Below, in pieces: positions 22,001-29,044 of a DNA stretch of 64,000 nt. The position numbers and the translations under genes are program-made. Origin of the DNA: Planctomycetota bacterium (GTDB lineage Bacteria; Planctomycetota; PLA2; JAEUHO01); the NCBI GenBank assembly GCA_965223505.1, contig CBDCWP010000021.1, positions 352,001-416,000 of the forward strand. The letters run 5' to 3'. Numbering within the stretch: the first letter of the stretch is position 1; each line of letters starts with the position of its first letter. The notes beneath the pieces were generated by a model. It was not told where the DNA came from and ran no database searches. It saw only the letters and a program-made list of their open reading frames with translations.

Positions 22001-22381
22001 TCGGACCTCGCGGGCTTGGAGACTGCCCTCGTCGAGATCGGCGAGGAGCAGGGCGAGGAACTCTTGGCCGGGCTCTTGGCGCGGAGTGAGGCCCCGTCGC
22101 TCGCCTACTTCATCCGGGAACTGGTGGGGCTGGACCGGGCGGCTTCACAGGCTGCGTTCTCCGAGTTCCTCTCCGACCGAAGTCTGACGCCCAAGCAGAT
22201 CCGGTTCGTGGAGATGGTCATCGACCAGTTGACGTCCCGGGGCGTAATGGGCGCGGGCGCACTCTACGAGCCTCCGTTCACGAGCATCCACGACGGCGGG
22301 CCGGAGGACTTGTTTGCCGGCAAGCAGAACGTGATCGACGGGATCTTCGAGCGGCTCGACGCCATCGCTTCACAGCTGTGA
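19013..22381 (+). CDS. hsdR: Type I R-M restriction subunit (EcoEI-like C-terminus)
   Basis: ADYVL..VVEAKK nuclease motif, MATGTGKT, DEAH, LTATP, QMIGRGTR, LYEPPF C-terminus. Confidence 0.95.
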   Translation: MDVSANFDFLKQEFFHAAESASYAEHQVYRDPRAACFHARHALERVVSRVFKVDKTLDPPKTTNLDGYLHDASFRKLVPEAVWQKAEYVRKAGNRAVHGKMMPSPEAALAVVKELFHVFYWAGRTYLRRGAEELKGRNYDEALVPRSTPTSDPASVAELEVLKAKLDTADAERQEQEAELKKLRERIAAIKAENEAVPDAHDWNEAETRKRLIDLELRRAGWTLEGEDDREYLVTGMPNIDEKGYADYVLWGNDGKPLGVVEAKKTMVDPKVGRQQAKLYADCLQKMHGQRPIIFYTNGYTTHVWDDAFYPQREVAGFYKKDELETLVRRREQRKPLDVAQVKDAIVERYYQKRAIGSISQQFVEARRTALLVMATGTGKTRTAIALVDLLQRAGWVKRALFLADRVSLVNQAVGAFKAHLPESSPVNLVTEKDKTGRVYVCTYPTTMGLIDETKGDEARFGVGHFDLVIIDEAHRSVYQKYSAIFRYFDSLLVGLTATPREDIDRNTYELFDLVSGMPTDAYELETAVQDGYLVPPRVEQVDLKFPREGIEYDSLSDEEKEQWESLDWGDDATPGGFPPGVSASSVNNWLFNKDTVDKVLQHVMERGHKVEGGDRLAKTIIFARNHEHAAFIEERFDHHYPKHAGHFARVIDNQAKYPQSLIDDFSQKDKAPHIAISVDMLDTGIDVPEVANLVFFKPVYSKIKFWQMIGRGTRLCPDLFGPGKDKQDFRVFDFCFNFDFFRENPDGIEGGATVPLATRLFRARVEMLSKVQADAKLNPSGKLGTSLTTQLRDEVAGMNRENFIVRMHREAVERFRGPDAWDKLTDEDRVALDRLAELPSEIETDEIESRHFDLTALRMQLAFAEGDHGTFERHRQRVIEIAQLLEDKSAIPAVKAQLPYLASIQTDGFWDGLNLDLLEDLRLRLRGLMPFLDRTKRKIVYTDLQDEVKCVREGEIFQVPKMTGVQYAKKVAEYLEGHRNHIVIHRLRNNEPLTESDLAGLETALVEIGEEQGEELLAGLLARSEAPSLAYFIRELVGLDRAASQAAFSEFLSDRSLTPKQIRFVEMVIDQLTSRGVMGAGALYEPPFTSIHDGGPEDLFAGKQNVIDGIFERLDAIASQL

Positions 22382-22436
22382 TCGGGGGCTGGGTAGGGTG
22401 GCGACCCGAGGTAACTCCGCTGCATCCGGCCTTCTT

Positions 22437-22721
22437 CTACGAATCCCTTAGCGTCACCGGCGTGGTGTCGCGACAGAGAAGATCCATGTGAAGCCCGGAT
22501 ACGATTTCGTGTGCCAGGCGGAGCGCGTCCTCAGCACTCGGCTGTCGAGGAACGGTGGGTAGGTCTTCAGGCTCATCGACCATGGGGCCGGAGCGCTTGC
22601 CGAATCTGTGAATCGAAACCCCCCACGCGGACTGCACTGGGGACGTGACGAGGAGGTACCTGAACCTCGGCTCCCGAGGTTCCTCACGGCTATAGAAACA
22701 GACGACCTGATGAGTGTGCAC
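22437..22721 (-). CDS. Hypothetical protein
   Basis: 94-aa ORF from a GTG with GGAG upstream; no recognisable motif. Confidence 0.35.
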   Translation of the reverse strand: MHTHQVVCFYSREEPREPRFRYLLVTSPVQSAWGVSIHRFGKRSGPMVDEPEDLPTVPRQPSAEDALRLAHEIVSGLHMDLLCRDTTPVTLRDS

Positions 22722-22861
22722 GTCTACTCCGGCCTCCCGTCACGGCGTTGACGAACGGATCATCGCAAACGAGCAGCATCAGATGCCCACCGCGGAAGGC
22801 CTCGGGCTTGTCCAGCAGGCTTCGAGCGACGAGCTTCTCCGGGGCGAAGTCTGTCTCAAGG

Positions 22862-23027
22862 GCCTGCAGGCGATCGAAGATCCCCTCGATGACCTGTTCC
22901 TTGCCGCCGAACAGCTCGTCCGGGCCGCCAGCGTGCAGGCTCGTGAACGGTGCCTCGTAGAGCGCCGAGGCTTCCATGATCCCCCTCGCGGTGAGCTGGT
23001 CGATCACCATCTCCACGAACCGGATCT
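22862..23027 (-). pseudogene. Inverted, diverged remnant of an hsdR 3' end
   Basis: IRFVEMVIDQLTARGIMEASALYEAPFTSLHAGGPDELFGGKEQVIEGIFDRLQA aligns with the HsdR C-terminus IRFVEMVIDQLTSRGVMGAGALYEPPFTSIHDGGPEDLFAGKQNVIDGIFERLDA. Confidence 0.88.
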
Positions 23028-23352
23028 CGCCGAGGAGTGGCAGCCCCGCGGGGGGATGGAGCGGCTCCTCATTGACAAGCTGGCCCAGGCAAGCACCGAG
23101 GAGATGCGCTGGTTGGAGCAGGCGGTTTCCCGGCGGGCCGTGCAGTACTCGGAGTCGGGCCGCAAGCACCGTGAGACCGGCCGCCGCAGCACCCCCCGCG
23201 TGGACTTCGCCGCCGCGACGGACCAGGCGATGGCGATGGCCGATCGCTGGAACCGGATCTTCTGTCGCACCCTTCGGGCGCTGCGGGACCTGCGCCGGTT
23301 CTCCGTGACGGTCAACATCCAGGGGCCGGGTCAGGTCAACGTGGGGCGATGA
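23023..23352 (+). pseudogene. 5'-truncated fragment of a hypothetical gene
   Basis: Protein-like DLAEEWQPRGGMERLLIDKLAQA..RTLRALRDLRR..GQVNVGR begins abruptly at the hsdR-remnant junction; no clear start. Confidence 0.5.
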
Positions 23353-23544
23353 CGTGGCCAGTACCTTTGGTTTCAAGGCCCATCCTCAAATAGTGAGGGC
23401 GGTGATTTAGGCAGCTAGGCTTTCTCGCCCGTAATTTTAGGATGAGGCCAAAAAACTAAACCCCGGATGTTCCAAGGCTAGGAAGCTAGCATTATCCGCA
23501 AATAAGTATAGGATATTCGCCGAATCCTAAAATAAGGAGGGCAG

Positions 23545-24765
23545 ATGCGCAGCGAGGACTTCGGCTCCCGGAGCCCGGGCCAGCTCGTCCCCACAGAGGG
23601 CGGCGTTGACGCCTACGTGCCGAATCCCCTTCCGCCGCACGAGGGGGCATGGTCCAGCGTCGCCACCATGAGGGCGCTGGCCAAGGCCGAGAACGCCCTG
23701 GGACAGCTCGTGGGGACGGCCCGGCACGACCTACTGAACCCGCATCTCGTCGCGGCCCCGCTGATCCGGCGTGAGGCGATCATCTCGAGTCGCATCGAAG
23801 GCACCTACACGACCCCCAGGCAGTTGGCGCTGATCGAAGCCGAGCCCGAGAAGGAAGGCGGCAAGGGGCGGCGCATCGCCGCCGAGGACGAGGCGCGAGA
23901 GGTACTCAACTACGTTCGAGCAGTCGAGTACGGCTTCACGCGGCTGGATACGCTCCCCATGTCCAAGCGCCTCATGCGGGAGTTGCACGAGATCCTGATG
24001 AAGGGGGTGCGCGGTGGGCGCGAGCGGCCTGGCCAGTTCCGCGACCGACAGAATTACATCGCCAAGGAAGGCGACACGATTCAGAAGGCCCGTTTCGTGC
24101 CTCCCCCCGTGGCGGAGATGGAGCAGGGGCTGGACGACCTGGAAAGGTACATGCATCGGCCGCAGACGGACGAGTCGCTGCCGTTGCTGATCGACCTCGC
24201 GCTCGTGCACTACCAGTTCGAGACCCTTCACCCCTTCCGGGACGGTAACGGTCGCATCGGCCGCCTGATGGTCCCTCTCATCCTCAGTCAACACGGGAGG
24301 CTCGCCACGCCCCTCCTGTTCGTCAGTGGCTACTTGGAGCAGCACAAGCGGCGCTACATGGACCTGCTGCTCAAGGTGAGCATGGAGGGGGCGTGGCTTG
24401 AGTGGATCGAGTTCTTCCTAGATGCCGTAAGGGCCTCGGCGGTCGACGGTGCGAATCGTGCCAAACGGCTGCTGGCCTTGCGCCAGGAGTACGTGAACAA
24501 GGTCCAGTCTGCGAGGTCGTCCGCGCTACTGGTCAAGCTCATCGACGAGCTGTTTCACCGTCCCTCCATCACGTTCGGAGAGGCTGCCGAGTTGCTCGGC
24601 GTGACGCCTGCGGCCGCGAACGCGAACGTGCGGAAGCTGCAAGAGGCCGGGGTGCTCACGGAGATCACCGGCCAAGCCAGGAACATGATCTTCGCCGCGC
24701 AGGGCATCTTCGAGCTTGTGCATGACTCGGGGGATGACGGTACGGCCGAGAGCAGTCAGGAGTAG
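23545..24765 (+). CDS. Fic-family protein with C-terminal HTH
   Basis: EAIISSRIEGT, canonical HPFRDGNGRIGR, C-terminal wHTH; strong AAGGAGG RBS. Confidence 0.93.
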   Translation: MRSEDFGSRSPGQLVPTEGGVDAYVPNPLPPHEGAWSSVATMRALAKAENALGQLVGTARHDLLNPHLVAAPLIRREAIISSRIEGTYTTPRQLALIEAEPEKEGGKGRRIAAEDEAREVLNYVRAVEYGFTRLDTLPMSKRLMRELHEILMKGVRGGRERPGQFRDRQNYIAKEGDTIQKARFVPPPVAEMEQGLDDLERYMHRPQTDESLPLLIDLALVHYQFETLHPFRDGNGRIGRLMVPLILSQHGRLATPLLFVSGYLEQHKRRYMDLLLKVSMEGAWLEWIEFFLDAVRASAVDGANRAKRLLALRQEYVNKVQSARSSALLVKLIDELFHRPSITFGEAAELLGVTPAAANANVRKLQEAGVLTEITGQARNMIFAAQGIFELVHDSGDDGTAESSQE

Positions 24766-24768
24766 GCC

Positions 24769-25980
24769 ATGAAGCGTCGCCCGTTCGGTTCCATCATCCA
24801 GCGCCCGCCTAGGCCTGGCTACTACGTGACCTTCGTGTGGGGCGGTCGCCGCATCAAGCGGTCGGCGGGTCCGACCAAGGCCGCCGCCAGGAAGAAGCTC
24901 GCCGCAGCCGAGGCGCTGCTCAAGGGCGGCGTGGACCTCAACGAGGTGCTGGCCGAGGTGTTCGGTGACTTCCACGGCACGCGACTCACGTTCCGCGAAG
25001 CCGCGCCTCTTTACTTGGAGTACGCGCAGGGTCGCAAGAAGGAGTCCACGTTGCGCGGCGACGTGCCGCGCCTGCGCGTCCTCTGTCGTTCCCAGTGGTC
25101 AGGCAAGTACCTCGCGCAGATCGAACCCCGCGACTTCCTCCCGTGGATCGACGAGCGGCAGAAGTCGCGGGAGGTCGTCAAGGAGAAGCGCGTCCGTGGT
25201 GACGACGGGAAGATGCGCACCGAGAAGGTCAAGAAGGTGGTGCCGGGCGCGTCGGGCGCGACCGTCAACCGGGATCTGACCCTCGCCTCCGCCGTGTTCC
25301 AGTGGGCGATCCGCGCCGGGTATGTAGACGAGAACCCCGTGCGCAAGGTTGAGCGGTTCTCCGAGAAGGGGCGCAAGCGCGAGACGTACCTCGACGCCAA
25401 GGAGTGCCATGCCCTCATCGACGAGTGCTCGCCCGTGCTGCGGCCCGTCGTCCTGGCGGCGCTGCACACCGGGATGCGACGCGGTGAGATCCTGTCGCTC
25501 GCGTGGCGGACCGTGGACCTCAATCGCGACGAGATCCACATCGAGGCCGTCAACGAGAAGGCTGGCCGCGGTCGCGTCATCCCCCTGACCGACGACCTTC
25601 TGGCCACCCTCAAGGCGCTGAAGGCGTCCAGGCCCCGCCCTGCGCTGGACGGCAGCGACTCCGTATTCACGGACAAGGCGGGCAAGAAGATCACGCCCTC
25701 GTGCCTGCGGCGCATGTTCGAGCCCACCGTGGCTCGCTGTGAGGGGCTGCCGGTGCCGAAGCGAGAGGCCCTGCGCTTCCACGACCTCCGCCACACTGCG
25801 GCATCGCTGATGGTCAGCGGAGGCGTGCCGATCTTCGACGTGGCCAAGATCCTCGGGCACTCCACGGTGTCCGTGACCATGCGCTACGCGCATTTCGCGC
25901 CCGAAGCAGGGCGGGCGGCCATCGAGCGACTTTCATCTGCCCTTGCGCGGAGCGGTGGCCAAGAAGCCCGGACCGGATAG
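24769..25980 (+). CDS. int: Tyrosine recombinase / phage-type integrase
   Basis: TGMRRGE, FHDLRH, ILGHS..TMRYAH catalytic residues; near attR. Confidence 0.95.
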   Translation: MKRRPFGSIIQRPPRPGYYVTFVWGGRRIKRSAGPTKAAARKKLAAAEALLKGGVDLNEVLAEVFGDFHGTRLTFREAAPLYLEYAQGRKKESTLRGDVPRLRVLCRSQWSGKYLAQIEPRDFLPWIDERQKSREVVKEKRVRGDDGKMRTEKVKKVVPGASGATVNRDLTLASAVFQWAIRAGYVDENPVRKVERFSEKGRKRETYLDAKECHALIDECSPVLRPVVLAALHTGMRRGEILSLAWRTVDLNRDEIHIEAVNEKAGRGRVIPLTDDLLATLKALKASRPRPALDGSDSVFTDKAGKKITPSCLRRMFEPTVARCEGLPVPKREALRFHDLRHTAASLMVSGGVPIFDVAKILGHSTVSVTMRYAHFAPEAGRAAIERLSSALARSGGQEARTG

Positions 25981-26044
25981 GCCGCGGGCCTCCCGGACTT
26001 GGAGGCGATGAGCGTGCTTGCAATGAGGCGTTCGGATAACTGCC

Positions 26045-26431
26045 CTATAGCTGCCAGAGTGCTGCTTCAAGAGCGGCGGCTACATCCGGGGCCGCGGCTC
26101 CGCGTTTGGCGAGCCGCCGTCGAAGGCCGCCTGCGACGAGGCCGCGGGGAATAGGCATCACGGCCGTCGCCAGGAAGAAGCCGACCCACAGGCCCACGGC
26201 CCAGCGCCAATCCCACGTAATCCAGATGTAGACGAGCAGACCCCAGCGGGCCAGTCTCGACAGCCATAGCAGGGGAAACCACGAGGGGAGTAGCAGTTGG
26301 GCAGCCGCCTCCTCTGGGACGCCGGTCGTTCGCACTAGTTCCAACGCCACGCGTTGGATGCAAAACCCAACAGCCTCAAATGCGGCCAGTCCGGCGTAGC
26401 AAGCCAGCAAGAGGTATTGATGCTCAGTCAT
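26045..26431 (-). CDS. Hypothetical membrane protein
   Basis: 128 aa with about 3 hydrophobic segments; GAGG upstream of the ATG. Confidence 0.55.
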   Translation of the reverse strand: MTEHQYLLLACYAGLAAFEAVGFCIQRVALELVRTTGVPEEAAAQLLLPSWFPLLWLSRLARWGLLVYIWITWDWRWAVGLWVGFFLATAVMPIPRGLVAGGLRRRLAKRGAAAPDVAAALEAALWQL

Positions 26432-26632
26432 GTACTGCTCGCTCCTCCCCGGAGAAGGCTACAGCGAGTCACTCGCTGGTGCTTCGGGGGGGGCACGTTG
26501 GACCGAGGCTTGAGTCCACCAGGGCGAACCAGAAGCGTCTGGTTGTGCGCGCTCGCACCCCCTGGGAAACCCCCTGGCGAAGTGCGATGTGTGTAACTCG
26601 CGCACCGTGAAGGCCTTGTGCAAGTCGGGCGT

Positions 26633-26694
26633 CGGTTTTGAAAACCGGCGTAGGGTCACACCTACCGGGGGTTCGAATCCCTCTCCCTCCGCCA
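26633..26694 (+). repeat. attR: displaced 3' half of tRNA-Ser
   Basis: 20-bp core followed by variable arm GTAGG/CCTAC, GGGGG-TTCGAAT-CCCTC and TCCCTCCGCCA; no 5' half upstream. Confidence 0.9.
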
Positions 26695-26928
26695 CATTCA
26701 CGCGGCTGCCGCAATCCGGCGTTGGAGTCGCGCTCGGGGTTCTTCCCTACCCACCAGCGATGCCGCGAACGGGCGCGCTCGAGCGAACCGACCGTGTGCG
26801 CCCCCGGTGGCGAGTACTCGTCGCCACTTGCTCGAATGTTCTGGTTCGCACCACCGCTGACGACTTGTCCAAACTGCTGGGCCGGTACACCGGGTCGGAC
26901 GAGGCAGCTGCTCCTGCCGACTGCCGAG

Positions 26929-28152
26929 TCAATTCTCCTCGAAGCAATACCAGATGATTCTACGAGAGAAGGGGTCCCGCTGCACCAGGAGGAGGTTGGT
27001 GTGCTCCGGAGCGCGGCTACTCTCCTTGCTGTCACTGCAGTACCAGTCGAAGCGGGGGGAGGCAATACGCGCCCACCTCCTTTGGCCCTTTCGAACCCCC
27101 ATTCCGGCGACCCACAGCACCGGCTTGCTGCAGCGATCTACTTTCTTGCCCAGGTACGTATGTCGTTTCTGACGCTCGCCCTTCGGATTGCGGCTTCTGA
27201 TGCCGATTTCCGCGCTGTAGACGGCACTGCCGGCACCGGCCATTCGCAGCGCGACGAGCTGCGACCCCTTGTACGGAATGGTGTGATGGTGGAACGCACG
27301 GCGCGTAGCGAGAATCGTAGTGGCGTCCTTGGGGTCGGGGAACCCGATGTTGGCCAGCGGAATCACCACCACGTGGATGAGCCCGGATGTATTCGTCGCG
27401 GACACCACGAAGCCGCCGATTACTTCGCCACGTGTGCGTTCCCAGTCGAGGAACGCCTTCTCTGGATCCATGAGCGTCATTGCTCGTCCGTGCGTAGCTT
27501 GGATCGGCTTGCGTTTCGGCAGACCAGAGCGCGCCGCGACAAGGGCGCGCCGGAACGCTTGCGTCGGCATCGCGCGTTTCTTCCCGTCCTGCTCCATGAT
27601 TGCAACGACGACGTGGACCGCACCTCCTGGATGGAGAATGTCTGAATGGAGCAGGGGAAAGCGCAGGGGGACCCGGTCGCGGTTGGTCCACGAACCGAGA
27701 CTGCGCGCAACGTGCCCCTGCGAGAACTCGTAGTAGTCGGCCCACCTAGGATCTCTGGCATCGAACCCCGGACGCGTGAGCGTGCCACCAAGCGACACCC
27801 GGATGCGGCGTGGCAGGCGGGCGCTTTCCGTGGAGTGGTTCCCCTCGATGGGGCCGGTTGACTTCTTGTACAGGACGAAGACCTCGTCGCGGCCGGCGCC
27901 ACCGCCACCGTCGGTTCCCGTGGCCCACAGGCCGCCCGTCTCGGGCCTCTCGGGAGTCAGTCGGTGGCACTTGAGTTCGTGGATGTAGATGTCCACGATG
28001 GCCCTACCGGGCTTGTGCGGGGGTTTCACGGTGCCGGGCCGCCTCGGAACCACCTTGCCCGGCGGCGAGTCCTCATCGGCCCCGGTAGAAGATCCTTGGC
28101 CCAGGGTGGCCAGCAGTACGGTGATGATCAGGATCTTGGAACGGGAATCCAT
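26929..28152 (-). CDS. Hypothetical secreted protein
   Basis: ATG 28152 with GAGG RBS and signal peptide MDSRSKILIITVLLATLGQGSSTGA; small Cys-containing C-terminal domain. Confidence 0.6.
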   Translation of the reverse strand: MDSRSKILIITVLLATLGQGSSTGADEDSPPGKVVPRRPGTVKPPHKPGRAIVDIYIHELKCHRLTPERPETGGLWATGTDGGGGAGRDEVFVLYKKSTGPIEGNHSTESARLPRRIRVSLGGTLTRPGFDARDPRWADYYEFSQGHVARSLGSWTNRDRVPLRFPLLHSDILHPGGAVHVVVAIMEQDGKKRAMPTQAFRRALVAARSGLPKRKPIQATHGRAMTLMDPEKAFLDWERTRGEVIGGFVVSATNTSGLIHVVVIPLANIGFPDPKDATTILATRRAFHHHTIPYKGSQLVALRMAGAGSAVYSAEIGIRSRNPKGERQKRHTYLGKKVDRCSKPVLWVAGMGVRKGQRRWARIASPRFDWYCSDSKESSRAPEHTNLLLVQRDPFSRRIIWYCFEEN

Positions 28153-28205
28153 GGCGGTTCCTCTGGACAAGCACGTGGATCTTGACACGGCGAGTGCTAC
28201 TGCAC

Positions 28206-28656
28206 TGATCTGCCCCCGATGAGTGTGCCACCTGGCAACTCACAAGGCTGCTCCCACGGCCAGGTCCGCGGGTAGCCAAGCTGCCGGCGCCGGCGGCTGG
28301 TAACCGGGCGAACTGTGCGGCCTGAAGTGGTTGTACTCCCAGCGCCAGCGTTCGATCAACACCTGGGCTTCCTTCAGGGTGTAGAAGATCTCGCCGTTGA
28401 GCAGCTCGTCGCGCAGCGAGCCGTTGAAGCGCTCGTTGAACCCGTTCTCCCACGGGCTCCCGGGCTCGATGAACAGGGTCCGGACGCCCAGCCCCGCCAG
28501 CCACTCGCGCACGGCCCGCGCGGTGAACTCGCTGCCATTGTCGCTCCTCAAGTGCCCCGGGATCCCGCGCTCGGCCATCAGCTCGCTGAGGCAGTCCAGC
28601 ACGTCATGCGAGCAAAGGCGCCTGGCGACGCGGATCGCCAGGCACTCGCGCGTGTA
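28206..28656 (-). mobile_element. IS3-family remnant (3' part of transposase integrase core plus right end)
   Basis: [44 protein letters not shown]; terminal GGGGGCAGATCA on the minus strand ending at 28206; 5' part missing. Confidence 0.85.
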
Positions 28657-28887
28657 GCGCGCTCCTTCCACCAGTCGCTCTTCTCTCCCTGTTCCAGGAT
28701 CGCGACGAGGTCAGACGCGCTGGCGAACCGCTCGTCCCGGTCCTCGGCGGTCAGGGTCTGCACGACCTCCTCGAAGAAGGGACTCAACTGCGGGTTCACG
28801 TCCCCCGCCTTCCGGGGCTCCACGTCGAGGATGTTGCGCAGCACCTTGCTCGCGTCCTTGTCTCGATACGGATGCTGACCCGTCGCT
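28657..28887 (-). pseudogene. Internal fragment of a Ser/Thr kinase C-lobe
   Basis: [44 protein letters not shown] resembles RIASATELATLLEEGEAGAWWK of the kinase at 62598. Confidence 0.7.
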
Positions 28888-29044
28888 GAAGCGGCGTGGG
28901 CGAGCCGGACGAGATCGTCTGCCTGTCGAGTTCTCGAACCAGATGGTCAGCAGGTCGTAGCGGGTAGCACACCTCACCACCACACCGACAGTCGACGGAC
29001 TCGATCCGGGCGGGCGATCGCCCCCAGGAGCGCCCCTGCTGGTG

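Larger units (their letters stand above)
12966..26652. mobile_element. Integrative defence island inserted in tRNA-Ser
   Basis: Identical 20-bp core CGGTTTTGAAAACCGGCGTA at 12966-12985 and 26633-26652; tyrosine integrase near the right end; cargo is Lamassu-like, type I R-M and Fic. Confidence 0.9.

Noticed and set aside
22690..23376. 228-aa and 212-aa ORFs on opposite strands as real genes
   Set aside because: Each is a read-through of two unrelated fragments joined near 23025 (hsdR remnant on minus, headless gene on plus).
13028..26632. Prophage
   Set aside because: No structural, packaging, lysis or replication genes were recognised; only an integrase.
26633..26694. Second functional tRNA-Ser gene
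   Set aside because: It lacks the 5' acceptor strand and D arm; it is an att-site remnant.
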